Under the pieces are notes generated by a model. The model saw only the letters and a list, made by a program, of their open reading frames with translations. It had not been told where the DNA came from and ran no database searches. 64,000 nt of DNA from an uncultured archaeon (lineage in GTDB: Archaea > Asgardarchaeota > Lokiarchaeia > Sigyniarchaeales > SOKP01), in the NCBI GenBank assembly GCA_964447495.1, contig CAYUTF010000002.1, positions 37,288 through 101,287 on the forward strand, given 5' to 3'. The translations under genes were made by a program, and so were the position numbers. Below are positions 29,459 to 39,753 of the stretch, in pieces (the first letter of the stretch is position 1; every line of letters begins with the position of its first letter).

Positions 29459-31396
29459 ATGCCAGAAAAATCGAACAATATTACTAATTCTAAAAAACAA
29501 AATATTCGTAATAATGTGAATAAACCCATTTGTTTAGGTCCTATAGCTGATTTAGAAGAATATGTAAAAAAAGATTGGTGGAAAAAAATCTTTAATGCCT
29601 ATTATTTAAAAACAGATGGGGATGTTGTGGATGATGATTTAATTACATCCCATGAAATAAATCTTTTTTCAGAAATTGTACAGCTTAGACCTGAGAGCCA
29701 TATTTTAGATCTTTGTTGCGGCCAGGGGAGGCATAGTATTGAATTATCAAAAAGAGGATTCGAAAGAGTCGAGGGACTGGATCGATCTCACTACTTAATT
29801 CAAAAAGCTCGAGCAACAATTAAGAAAAATGGTCTTCTATGTAAATTTCGGGAGGGTGATGCCAGGAAACTTCCTTATCCTTCAGATAACTTTGATAATG
29901 TTTTAATATTAGGAAATAGTTTTGGTTATTTTGAAACAATTAATGATGATTTACGCGTTCTTAAAGAGACATTTCGCACGCTAAAGCCTTGGGGGAAAAT
30001 ATTGATAGATATAACCGATGGGGGTTTTTTACGAAATAATTTTTTACCACGATCATGGGAATGGATTGATAAAGACTTCTTTGTTTGTAGAGAGCGATCC
30101 TTATCATTAGATAAACAACGATTAATCTCTCGAGAAGTAATTACCCATGTTAATAAGGGGGTTCTTGTAGATCAATTTTACGCCGAAAGATTATATTCAG
30201 TTGAAGAGATCACTGAAATTCTTGAGAAAGCAGGATTTAGTGATATTGTATTTCATGGGAATTTATCGCCCAATTCTCAAAAAGATCAAGATCTAGGGAT
30301 GATGGAAAGAAGAATTATTGTTACTGCAGTTGTTAAGAAAGAATGGACCCAAAAAACAAAACGATTAAAAGCAATAAATAAAAATATTATAGTATTACTT
30401 GGTGATCCGCATAAACCTGACTTATTAAAACCTTCAACCATTTTTGATGATGATGATTTTTATACAATCGCACAATTAAAGGCAGCACTCCAAGAATTGG
30501 AGGGATATAATTTCATATATATAGATAATCATGATACCTTGATTCAAGAACTAACAAAACTGAAAGGAAAAATTGATTATATTTTTAACTTATGTGATGA
30601 AGGATATTATAATGATCCTCGTAAAGAATTACATATTCCCGCAATTTTAGATATTCTCAAGTATCAATATACTGGTTCTGGACCTCAATGTTTAGCATTT
30701 TGTTATGATAAGTCGTTAGTTCGAGGCGTTGCTAAGGAGTTAGAAGTTCCCGTACCTGAAGCAATCTTTGTTAAACCTGAGGATAAAATAATTGATCTTC
30801 CTTTATATTTTCCTGCAATAGTGAAACCAAATTTTGGTGATTCAAGTTTTGCAATTACTCAGAATAATGTTGTATTTAATGGAGAGCAATTATTAAATGC
30901 GGTACGCGATATTCGTGAAAGATTCGGTTATAATAATTCAATACTAATAGAACAATACTTATCGGGAAAAGATTTAACATTAGGAATCATTGGGAATCCC
31001 CCATATAATTATATTGTTTTGCCAATATTAGAAGAAGATTATTCCGTATTACCCCCAGAATTGCCTAAAATCTGTGGTTATGAAGCAAAATGGCTTCCCG
31101 AATCACCCTATTGGAATTTAAAATCTATTCAGGCAGAACTAGACCCTGAAACAGTTCAAATTATCGAATCATGCTCATTAAAACTATTTGAAAGACTTGA
31201 ATGCAAAGATTACGCACGTTTTGATTGGAGACTTGATTCTGAGGGAAATCCTAAGCTGCTTGAGGTCAATCCTAACCCTGGTTGGTGTTGGGACGGACAT
31301 CTCGCTAAAATGGCTAAGCATGCAGGGCTTTCTTATAAAGAAATGCTCCAAAATATTCTTGAATCTGCGGAAAAAAGATATGGAATAGAGAAATAG
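29459..31396 (+). CDS. Class I SAM methyltransferase fused to a D-Ala-D-Ala-ligase-like ATP-grasp domain
   Basis: LDLCCGQGRH..GLDRS..GDARKLP in the N-terminal half. FNLCDEG, YTGSG, VKPNFGDSS, EQYLSG, YARFDWR and LEVNPNPG in the C-terminal half. Confidence 0.85.
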   Translation: MPEKSNNITNSKKQNIRNNVNKPICLGPIADLEEYVKKDWWKKIFNAYYLKTDGDVVDDDLITSHEINLFSEIVQLRPESHILDLCCGQGRHSIELSKRGFERVEGLDRSHYLIQKARATIKKNGLLCKFREGDARKLPYPSDNFDNVLILGNSFGYFETINDDLRVLKETFRTLKPWGKILIDITDGGFLRNNFLPRSWEWIDKDFFVCRERSLSLDKQRLISREVITHVNKGVLVDQFYAERLYSVEEITEILEKAGFSDIVFHGNLSPNSQKDQDLGMMERRIIVTAVVKKEWTQKTKRLKAINKNIIVLLGDPHKPDLLKPSTIFDDDDFYTIAQLKAALQELEGYNFIYIDNHDTLIQELTKLKGKIDYIFNLCDEGYYNDPRKELHIPAILDILKYQYTGSGPQCLAFCYDKSLVRGVAKELEVPVPEAIFVKPEDKIIDLPLYFPAIVKPNFGDSSFAITQNNVVFNGEQLLNAVRDIRERFGYNNSILIEQYLSGKDLTLGIIGNPPYNYIVLPILEEDYSVLPPELPKICGYEAKWLPESPYWNLKSIQAELDPETVQIIESCSLKLFERLECKDYARFDWRLDSEGNPKLLEVNPNPGWCWDGHLAKMAKHAGLSYKEMLQNILESAEKRYGIEK

Positions 31397-31427
31397 TTTA
31401 ATTTAATCATGTTTTTTTTAAGGTTAT

Positions 31428-32726
31428 ATGAATCTAATTCTAATAATTTTTGTCTTTATTATATTTGGAATAATTTTGGTGAGTTACTCATCCAAAAATT
31501 TAGATTTTGTCGCTATTTCATTATTTGGTTGTTTTACGGCAGCATTTGTTACCGGTGTTGTTAATAATTTAACTTTTTGGGATTTTATTGATTATATTGA
31601 ATTTGATGCCATTATCATTATTTTAAGTATGAGTATTATCACTAAAATCGCGCAAGATTCAAACATATTAGAATATTTAGCAGTTAAGCTTTTCAAAATC
31701 TCAAAAGGAAACCGAAGAACCTTTCTTTATTTAATATGCATTATAACAACTATTTTAGCAGCTATTATTAATGATGTTATTGTTGTTTTGATTTTAGCTC
31801 CTGTTGTAATACGATTATGTCGATTTTTAAAAATTAGATCGGGTACCTATTTATTGGGAATGACTATTTGCATAAATATTGGTTCGATCATCACCCCTTT
31901 TTCTAGTGGTGAAAATATTATTATATCGACAGCATTTTCCTTAGATACTGCATATTTTATTACAAATTATTGGATTTTTTCCTTTTTCCTCTTATTTATA
32001 ACTATTTACCTTATAGACAGGTTTATCTTAAAAAAGGAACCAGAAATAGAAGAACAACAGAAGAATTTTGTCCTAGAACTAGTTGATACAGATGTTATGA
32101 TTTCAAATCGTAAAATGTTTTATGTTAACAGTATTGGAATCATAATTACAATTGCTCTTTTTGCAGTTTTACCTTTATTATATTTAACAGCTGCATTTTC
32201 TGCTTTTACCTTAGTATTGATTAATACGAAATTTACTAAAAAAAAGACTATCGATATATTAAAAGATGTAGAGTGGGAAATTATATTTTTCTTTATCGCT
32301 TTATACGTGGTTATTGGGTGTTTATTGGAAGCGGGGTTCAAAGATCTTTTTATAAATATTCCCTTCGAAGTTTTAAGCCCTTTTATGGTTAGTTTTATTA
32401 TCTTATTACTTGTAAGCTTAATCTCTGGTTTTGTAGCAAACACTCCAACAGCATTAATTTTTATTCCAATCATATCATTGTTGATTGATACATTTCATTT
32501 TCCCTCTATTCCCTTATTTTTCGCTTTTATAATTAGTATTAATATTGGAGGTAATTTGATACCTCAAGGAGCCGCATGTGATATGATGACGCTGAAAATT
32601 GCTCAGAACAATGGTGTAGAAAATTTAAATTTTAAAAGATTATTAAAAGTAGGAGCAACATTCGCGGTCATTCATATTGGTTTATCTATTGGATATTTAT
32701 TTTTATTATCGTTATTCACACTCTAA
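31428..32726 (+). CDS. SLC13/ArsB/NhaD-family permease
   Basis: AAIINDV, INIGSIITPFSSGENII, SGFVANTP and GGNLIPQGAACD. Confidence 0.85.
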   Translation: MNLILIIFVFIIFGIILVSYSSKNLDFVAISLFGCFTAAFVTGVVNNLTFWDFIDYIEFDAIIIILSMSIITKIAQDSNILEYLAVKLFKISKGNRRTFLYLICIITTILAAIINDVIVVLILAPVVIRLCRFLKIRSGTYLLGMTICINIGSIITPFSSGENIIISTAFSLDTAYFITNYWIFSFFLLFITIYLIDRFILKKEPEIEEQQKNFVLELVDTDVMISNRKMFYVNSIGIIITIALFAVLPLLYLTAAFSAFTLVLINTKFTKKKTIDILKDVEWEIIFFFIALYVVIGCLLEAGFKDLFINIPFEVLSPFMVSFIILLLVSLISGFVANTPTALIFIPIISLLIDTFHFPSIPLFFAFIISINIGGNLIPQGAACDMMTLKIAQNNGVENLNFKRLLKVGATFAVIHIGLSIGYLFLLSLFTL

Positions 32727-32740
32727 AAAACAAGTATTAC

Positions 32741-33934
32741 CTATTCTTTTTTTGTAAGAGGGGATAGCTTTCTTAATCGTTCCACGATAGGAGGAAGCTT
32801 TTTAAGAAAATAATCTACCTCCTTATCAGTAGTAAATCTTCCTAAAGTTATTCTTAAAGATCCATGTGCATCTTGAGGTTCTATACCAATAGCTAATAAT
32901 ACATGAGAGGGCTCTAGTGATTTAGATGAGCATGCTGAACCAGTAGATACACCAATGCCCTCAAAATCTAAATCTAAAACCATTGATTCACCTTCAATAT
33001 ATTTAAAACTTAAATTTACATTGTTAGGAAGGCGTTGAGTAGGGTGCCCATTTAAGAAGCAGTCTTCTATATTTTCAGATACATTATTTATAATTTTATC
33101 TCTAAGATGAGTTAGTCTTTTAATTTCATATGGCATCTCTTCACCAACTAATTCTACGGCTTTTGCAAATGCAGAAATTCCCGGAACATTTACGGTACTC
33201 GGTCTCATATCTCTTTCATGACCTCCTCCATACATTAATGGTTTAATAAATTTCCCCCATCCCTCCCGAAATCCCTTATTTCGGATATAAAGCATTCCAA
33301 CTCCTTTAGGACCATACAGTTTATGGGCAGAAGCAGATAATAAATCGATATTTAACTCATTTACATCAATTGGAACTTTACCAAATGCTTGAACCGCATC
33401 TGTATGGAAAACAATATCATGCTCCTTTGCAATTGCTCCGATCTCTTTAATAGGTTCAATTGTCCCAATTTCATTATTTGCAAACATAATACTGATGAGA
33501 ATAGTACTTTCAGTAATATTACTTTCTAATGTGTTAGGATCAATTAGACCATATTTATCAACGGGTAAGAAAGTAATGTCAAATCCATTCTTTTCTAAAT
33601 ACTTACAAGGGTTTTCTATTGCATGATGCTCAATTGCACTTGTGATAATATGATTTCCACGCATTTTATTTTTTAATGCTACTCCCATAACTGCTAAATT
33701 ATCTGATTCTGTTCCTGAGGAAGTAAAAAATATATCATCGCGATCAGCATTTATTAATGAGGCGACGGTATTACGTGAATTAACTAAAGATCTTGCCGCT
33801 TTTTGTCCAATTGTATGGAGACTTGAGGAATTACCGTAATTTTCATTCATACTTCTATTATAAACTTCGATAGCACGAGGATCCATTGGTGTTGTCGCAG
33901 CGTAATCTAGGTAAATATATTTTGATTCCTTCAC
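32741..33934 (-). CDS. iscS: Cysteine desulfurase IscS/NifS
   Basis: YLDYAATTP, FTSSGTES, HTDAVQ, SAHKLYGPKG and STGSACSS. Confidence 0.93.
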   Translation of the reverse strand: MKESKYIYLDYAATTPMDPRAIEVYNRSMNENYGNSSSLHTIGQKAARSLVNSRNTVASLINADRDDIFFTSSGTESDNLAVMGVALKNKMRGNHIITSAIEHHAIENPCKYLEKNGFDITFLPVDKYGLIDPNTLESNITESTILISIMFANNEIGTIEPIKEIGAIAKEHDIVFHTDAVQAFGKVPIDVNELNIDLLSASAHKLYGPKGVGMLYIRNKGFREGWGKFIKPLMYGGGHERDMRPSTVNVPGISAFAKAVELVGEEMPYEIKRLTHLRDKIINNVSENIEDCFLNGHPTQRLPNNVNLSFKYIEGESMVLDLDFEGIGVSTGSACSSKSLEPSHVLLAIGIEPQDAHGSLRITLGRFTTDKEVDYFLKKLPPIVERLRKLSPLTKKE

Positions 33935-34074
33935 AATTAATCATAAATAGTATTACTCAATTTAAAACAATTTCACTTATGTTCTTAAAATTAATAAGTC
34001 TTATAATTAGATTTTATATATAAAGAATAATTCTTAAAAAGTTAATTTTATATCTAATTAGAGAGGAAAAGTAA

Positions 34075-34629
34075 ATGTTTAAGCTTTTATGGGGTATAAC
34101 TGGGACAGGTTTCGTGTTGGATGAGTCAATTGCTTTGATGGAGGACCTTCAGCTTAATTATGAAGTAGATCTTACAGTTATTCTGACGAAAGAAGGAGCT
34201 GCGGTCGTTAAATGGTACAAGAAATGGTTAAAATTAAAAGAAGTTGTTAAAAAGGTAAGTATTGAAAAGACCCCTAATATTCCTTTTTATGCTGGACCAT
34301 TACAAATAGGAAAATTTGATGTATTTATTGTATGTCCTGTATCAGCAAATAGTGTGGCAAAAATTGTATATGGCATCGCAGATACCCTTATCACAAATTG
34401 TGTTGCACAAGCTATTAAGGGAGGGCAAAAAGTATATATTTTTCCTTCTGACCAAGACACAGAACCAATTGTTACCACTAGACCTGATGGAAATCCATTA
34501 GTTTTGAAAATTAGAGATATAGAATTAGAAAATATAAAGAAATTACATCAATTAGAAGGTATATATGTGATCTCCAAGTTCTCTGAAATTAAAGATCTTA
34601 TTTTAAGTAAAATGAAAGAAAAAGAATAA
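34075..34629 (+). CDS. Flavoprotein (AfpA/dihydromethanopterin-reductase-like, HFCD superfamily)
   Basis: WGITGTG and CPVSANSVAKIVYGIADTLITN. Confidence 0.75.
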   Translation: MFKLLWGITGTGFVLDESIALMEDLQLNYEVDLTVILTKEGAAVVKWYKKWLKLKEVVKKVSIEKTPNIPFYAGPLQIGKFDVFIVCPVSANSVAKIVYGIADTLITNCVAQAIKGGQKVYIFPSDQDTEPIVTTRPDGNPLVLKIRDIELENIKKLHQLEGIYVISKFSEIKDLILSKMKEKE

Positions 34630-34638
34630 TAATCCTTA

Positions 34639-35079
34639 TCATAACTCATATTTAACAGGTTTTATTGCACCTGTAGGACATGATAACTCACATTTCAAAC
34701 ATCCTTGACACTTTGCGATCTCTTTATACTTAAATCTTATTCCAATTTCTTCTTCATCTCCTTTATGAACTTTAGCTTTATAGAAAAGGTTTTTAGGACA
34801 AAATTTCCCATTATCCTCCAAGCACATTTCACACATATTACATAATTCATGATCTATCTTAATACTTACAACTTGATCTGGTTGTGTTATTGAAGATACT
34901 TCGATCGCATTTCGAGGGCAGACAAGGACACAGTTAAGGCAAGCCTTACATTTAGCATAATCAACTCTTCTAATACCATGATCGAAGTAGATAGCATTTG
35001 CTTTACAGGCTTTAAGACAACGCTCACATCTTAAACACATTTCTTGGTTTATCTGAACGGGGATAAATTTTTCTCTAAT
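34639..35079 (-). CDS. Polyferredoxin (four 4Fe-4S motifs); probable ATT start
   Basis: CLRCERCLKAC, CKACLNCVLVCP, CNMCEMC..CP and CQGCLKCELSCP. An AAGGAGG RBS precedes in-frame ATT codons at 35082 and 35079. Confidence 0.85.
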   Translation of the reverse strand: MREKFIPVQINQEMCLRCERCLKACKANAIYFDHGIRRVDYAKCKACLNCVLVCPRNAIEVSSITQPDQVVSIKIDHELCNMCEMCLEDNGKFCPKNLFYKAKVHKGDEEEIGIRFKYKEIAKCQGCLKCELSCPTGAIKPVKYEL

Positions 35080-35221
35080 AATAATAACCTCCTTATACAG
35101 CTAATCCATTTTAGGAAATGAACTAAGAAAAATAAAGGTAGGTTTAATAAAATATTAATTCAAAAACTTAGATAAAAATAAAAAGTAGATAAAAATAGAA
35201 AATTTTGGTAAATTCATTAAA

Positions 35222-36022
35222 TTATTGAAAATATTGAGTATAGCGTTCTTTAGGTTCTTGAGGTAATTGTTGTCTTTGATATTGTTGAGCTTTTTCTGCT
35301 AACTCTAACATTTTTGCTTTTATTTCTTTTCCTTCTTCTATAAGCTTAGATGTTTCAATCTTTAGATTATAGATTTGGTTTAGGACTTCTATAATAGAAG
35401 CGGCTCCTTCAGGAGTAGGGATTTCCAATACTGGGGTAAACAAAGCATAGGCTTTCAATTTACTAGTTAAAGCTTCATTAAGAATTGTACTCTCAGGACC
35501 AACTATGATTCCTTTATCAAGTTTTTCCAGACCATATGTCTCTAATTTTTCAATCATCTCTTCCTCTGCAGCGTAATACACCGGATAATCATCGATTATA
35601 CCTCTTTGAGGAATTCCTTGAAAGATTAAAACCTCTTTAGCCTTAACATCGTCCGATAATAACCAGTTTGTGATTGTTTTGCTAAGATCATTATAAGCTG
35701 CCGAAACTTGAAAAGGAACTTCAACTATTCCAATTATCAGATTATGCTGAGGAGAGTAATATATTCTGAAAGGATGCTTTAATACTCCTTGATAGAATAC
35801 AGATATCGGAGGAAGATACTCAGATGTAACAAAACCAATTTCTTTTATATCAGGTATCTGCTCAATTAGAGCATTGGCTACAATAGGACCGATTAAACCG
35901 ATTCCTGCGAATCCTAAAATCATTGTAGCTCCCTCTTTTATTTCAGTATGCAGATCCTCGATTACAAGAGTACTTCTTTTCCCTTTGGAACATATATATT
36001 CTTTTTTAACCATGAATATCAC
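35222..36022 (-). CDS. PAC2-family proteasome assembly chaperone
   Basis: GFAGIGLIGPI, YLPPISV..HPFRIY and PTPEGAAS. Confidence 0.85.
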   Translation of the reverse strand: MIFMVKKEYICSKGKRSTLVIEDLHTEIKEGATMILGFAGIGLIGPIVANALIEQIPDIKEIGFVTSEYLPPISVFYQGVLKHPFRIYYSPQHNLIIGIVEVPFQVSAAYNDLSKTITNWLLSDDVKAKEVLIFQGIPQRGIIDDYPVYYAAEEEMIEKLETYGLEKLDKGIIVGPESTILNEALTSKLKAYALFTPVLEIPTPEGAASIIEVLNQIYNLKIETSKLIEEGKEIKAKMLELAEKAQQYQRQQLPQEPKERYTQYFQ

Positions 36023-36238
36023 CTTTTTATTTAGAATTATAATTTATTGAATTTTAAGATACAACATTATTATACTTTTTTTTTAATTATTATATTTAGT
36101 GAACACTACACTATAAAAGTTGATCTGTTATAAATTTTCAATTATAAAATAAATTAGAATAAGAATGATAAAATAAACTATTAAAAAATCTAAGAATTAT
36201 AAATAATAGTAGAATATAACTAATTAAAAAGAAGAAAA

Positions 36239-37036
36239 ATGCTACTAGAACTAAAGAACGTAACTATTCCTACTTTTGACCAAAAATGTGTAATTGTAAA
36301 CAATATTTCATTTGGAGTCAAAGAAAATTCCATACATGCCGTTATTGGACCTAATGGTTCAGGAAAATCCACATTGGCATATACCATAATGGGATTAGAG
36401 TTATATAAAATAAAAGAGGGTAATATCATATTCGATGGAAAGGATATTACTAATCTTTCAATAACAGAACGGGCAAAGTTAGGAATAACTTTAACATGGC
36501 AAGAACCAGCGAGAATAGAAGGATTATCTGTTTTCAAATATATAACACTTGGAATTAAAGATAAGACTATTTTAAAAGAGAGAGTTGATGAATCATTAAA
36601 AATAGTTAATTTAGAGCCTGAAAAATATATGAATCGAAAGATAGATGAGACACTTAGTGGTGGAGAACGCAAAAGAATTGAATTAGCTGCGGCAATCGCG
36701 ATGAGACCAAGATTAATCATTTTAGATGAACCTGATAGTGGATTAGATATGATTGTTGTGGAGGATTTCTTAAATATTTTTAATAGAATAAAAGCTTTGG
36801 ATATGACAATTTTACTCATCACTCATCGTGAGGATATAGGGATGGTAGCAGATTATGGAACACTTTTATGGCGAGGAGATGCATTATTAACAGATGAATT
36901 CCCTAAAGTGATGCTTAAATATTGTGCTAAGGCAGGACTGAAAGAATTCTGTAAAAGAACCCTCTATAAGAATGGAGGAGTATGTTTTGATAACGATTAT
37001 ATCGATAAAATTTTCAGAGAGGAAAATATGTCATGA
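36239..37036 (+). CDS. sufC: SufC-like ABC ATPase (minimal Suf/Sms type)
   Basis: GPNGSGKST, LSGGERKRIE and LDEPDSGLD; overlaps a SufB/D-like gene. Confidence 0.85.
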   Translation: MLLELKNVTIPTFDQKCVIVNNISFGVKENSIHAVIGPNGSGKSTLAYTIMGLELYKIKEGNIIFDGKDITNLSITERAKLGITLTWQEPARIEGLSVFKYITLGIKDKTILKERVDESLKIVNLEPEKYMNRKIDETLSGGERKRIELAAAIAMRPRLIILDEPDSGLDMIVVEDFLNIFNRIKALDMTILLITHREDIGMVADYGTLLWRGDALLTDEFPKVMLKYCAKAGLKEFCKRTLYKNGGVCFDNDYIDKIFREENMS

Positions 37037-37995
37037 GTAAAACTGGCTATCCTGAAGAAATATTGCAAAGTCTTGAAGATTATAACATCGATATTCGAGA
37101 TTTTATGCCTGGTCATGGTAAGGGTGCAAAATTATTATTGAATTTTAATAAAATTTCAGGAATAGAACAAGTAGAGGGTGTTATTTTACAAGGAAAAGAA
37201 ATTCCAAATGGTATTATTGCTGATGTGATTATTAAAGAGGGAACGGTTCATGAAGAACCGATACATCTATGTTTTGGAGTAAACAAAGAAACGGGAATTC
37301 AAGAAATCTTTCCTAGGATTATTGCAGAGGATAATACTGATGTAAAAATACAAGCACATTGTAGTTTTCCTAATGCAGATGGTTTAATCCATAAAATGTT
37401 CGGTCATTTTTATATAGGAAATAATTGTAATTTCGAATATAGCGAAACTCATTACCATGGAGAGAAGAGTGGTGCTTTAGTGGCTCCTGTAGCCTATATG
37501 TATATAGGAGAGAATAGCGTTTTCGAAAATAATTTCAATTTAACTAAGGGAACTCCTGGTAAGGTTAAAATTTTAATTGATATTTATGCGATGAAAAATA
37601 GTGTAATTAAGTCAAATATAAGAGCATTTGGCAAAAGTAGGCGTGATTCGATCAGAATTAAAGATTCTGTGTTTCTTGAGGGGGAAAAAGCAAGAAGTAT
37701 AATAAAAATGAAAGCTGCAGCTCGAGATGGTGGAGAGGTTTTAATGTTCGGCGTTACTGAAGGGAATGCTCCATATTGTAATGGTCATGTAGAATGCAGC
37801 GAAATAGTACTTGGAAAAGGCTCAATCTGCAGAGCACGTCCATTTATTAGGGCAACAGACCCTACATGTAGTGTTTCACATGAAGCTTCTTTAGGAAGAT
37901 TTCCGCAAAAATGGTTAGATGAAATTCAAGCAAAAGGTTTGACAGAAGCAGAAGCAACAGATATCCTAATAGAAGCAATGCTTAATGAAGATTAA
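37033..37995 (+). CDS. sufB: SufB/SufD-family Fe-S scaffold protein
   Basis: IHLCFG, AHCSFP, GHVECSEI and VSHEASLG. Confidence 0.8.
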   Translation: MSKTGYPEEILQSLEDYNIDIRDFMPGHGKGAKLLLNFNKISGIEQVEGVILQGKEIPNGIIADVIIKEGTVHEEPIHLCFGVNKETGIQEIFPRIIAEDNTDVKIQAHCSFPNADGLIHKMFGHFYIGNNCNFEYSETHYHGEKSGALVAPVAYMYIGENSVFENNFNLTKGTPGKVKILIDIYAMKNSVIKSNIRAFGKSRRDSIRIKDSVFLEGEKARSIIKMKAAARDGGEVLMFGVTEGNAPYCNGHVECSEIVLGKGSICRARPFIRATDPTCSVSHEASLGRFPQKWLDEIQAKGLTEAEATDILIEAMLNED

Positions 37996-38050
37996 TAATA
38001 TTAAAAATGAGAATTAGAGAGGAAAATTAAAATAGAAAAAGTGAAAAAAA

Positions 38051-38569
38051 ATGGGAAAAAATAAACTAAAAGTGGGAGAGAAAGCTCCTTTATTTCAAAT
38101 AAATTCCTTTAATATGGGCAATATTGTACTAAAAGATTTAATAGGCAAACAAAAAATAGTAATAATCTTTAGTAGATACTTCGGATGCCCGATATGTCAG
38201 TTAGATTTGAACATTTTACTTGAGAGTGTTCCAAAAATACGAGAAAAAGGAGCAATATTGTTATATATAACACAATCAGGGGAAGAAGTGGCTAATCAAT
38301 TTATTAAGAAATATTCAATTGATTTCCCTGTAATATCGTCTACAAAGGAAGAATTATATGCCGAATATGGGTTAGGAATGATGACTGCGGGTGCATTAAC
38401 GAAAATTCCGGGAAAATTAAAAGAAGCAAAATCTAAGGGAATAGAGCATGGTGACTATGAAGGTTGGGAAAAACAAGGCCCAGGACAGTTTGTAATAGAT
38501 GAGAATGGAATAATTATCCATGCAGAAACAGGTTGGTTATATCTTCCTGGAATATTTGAAGTTTTATGA
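38051..38569 (+). CDS. Redoxin (AhpC/TSA, peroxiredoxin-like) protein
   Basis: LKVGEKAP, RYFGCPIC and GQFVIDENG. Confidence 0.8.
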   Translation: MGKNKLKVGEKAPLFQINSFNMGNIVLKDLIGKQKIVIIFSRYFGCPICQLDLNILLESVPKIREKGAILLYITQSGEEVANQFIKKYSIDFPVISSTKEELYAEYGLGMMTAGALTKIPGKLKEAKSKGIEHGDYEGWEKQGPGQFVIDENGIIIHAETGWLYLPGIFEVL

Positions 38570-38624
38570 TTCAGTCAAATAGATAAAATGTAGAAGTGAA
38601 CAATATATAAGTTTGGAATGATAA

Positions 38625-39269
38625 ATGAAAGAAAATACGAAATACCATGATTATCTTTTCAATGGTAAGATTGTAGTTGATGAAATCCAACCTTGGTTTG
38701 AGTTTGGAACCGGAAAACCGTGGGATGATTCTGAAATACCATGGGTTTTGGATAATAAAGTTCGGAGAGAAATTTTAATAATTCTTTCAGATGGATCTAA
38801 AACGCTAAAGGAAATACGGGATAAGATACATTTTTCGCCAAAACCATTGTTGATTAATCAAGAAAAATATAATCCTAAGATAAAATATCAGTGGGATGAG
38901 GCTACTATTCAGAATCATTTAATGAATCTGGAATGGTATAATCTCATTAAAGTTAAAGATAACAAATATGAATTAACCTTTCCGATCTTTAAAAAGAAAG
39001 ATATGTCCAATTTAGAGCAATATATATTACAGTTTGCTAATAATTGGATAAAAGTTATTTTAAATACAAAAGAGCATCTGCAGAAAGCTTATGCAAATTC
39101 TGATAATTACCCAGAAATATTAGAAATTTTGATAGATAAAGCAGTTGGAAAACTCTATGAACTTCTAAAAGAACAAAATCTGCTTCCAAATGAACCCAAT
39201 TTAAAAGCATTATGGGCGGAGCAAATAAGAGCTATTAAATTTGAAGAGTGGCTTAAAAAAGCTTTTTAA
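38625..39269 (+). CDS. Winged helix-turn-helix protein
   Basis: VRREILIILSDGSKTLKEI..IQNHLMNLEWYNLIK. Confidence 0.65.
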   Translation: MKENTKYHDYLFNGKIVVDEIQPWFEFGTGKPWDDSEIPWVLDNKVRREILIILSDGSKTLKEIRDKIHFSPKPLLINQEKYNPKIKYQWDEATIQNHLMNLEWYNLIKVKDNKYELTFPIFKKKDMSNLEQYILQFANNWIKVILNTKEHLQKAYANSDNYPEILEILIDKAVGKLYELLKEQNLLPNEPNLKALWAEQIRAIKFEEWLKKAF

Positions 39270-39445
39270 ATTTCACCAATGGGTTCTTTTTCAAATTTTT
39301 TTCTTTTTTATATTACCTGCATATCACTTAATTTCAAAAGAAAATCTCATATTTTTTTAATATATATATGTGGATATTTCTCTGCTATTATAAGCTTATC
39401 CATAGATAATTTTCATAATATGAAAACCTGTGTAGGAATCAAATC

Positions 39446-39709
39446 ATGATGATTAGTTCGGATCTAAGTGAATCGGAGCCCATTTTAAATTTAAAAGATT
39501 TATTTTATGATATTGCCGTTTTTGAAGATATTAAACAAAAGATTGAAAATATTCCTAGAAATTCAATAAATGAAAACTTCAAATTGCTTCAACAGATTCA
39601 AAACATTCTTCAAAAGTGCTCTCACCTAACCGATAAACAAAAATTTTTATATTGCGAAAGTCAAAGATATTTTATGAAATTATATTTACGGGATGTTAAC
39701 AGCCAATAA
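39446..39709 (+). CDS. Small hypothetical protein
   Basis: 87-aa helical ORF. Confidence 0.4.
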   Translation: MMISSDLSESEPILNLKDLFYDIAVFEDIKQKIENIPRNSINENFKLLQQIQNILQKCSHLTDKQKFLYCESQRYFMKLYLRDVNSQ

Positions 39710-39753
39710 ATATGATTATCCTCATTTTATTCCCTAAATTTATTCCTAATGAT

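Noticed and set aside
33255-33290. Hairpin with a 3-nt bulge in iscS (minus strand AAUAA-GGG-AUUUC..GAAAU-UUAUU) at a small protein insertion (GFREGWGKF), considered as a hidden in-frame intron
   Set aside because: Canonical BHB cuts would remove 29 nt and frameshift an intact essential gene; there is no outer helix and no stop to remove.
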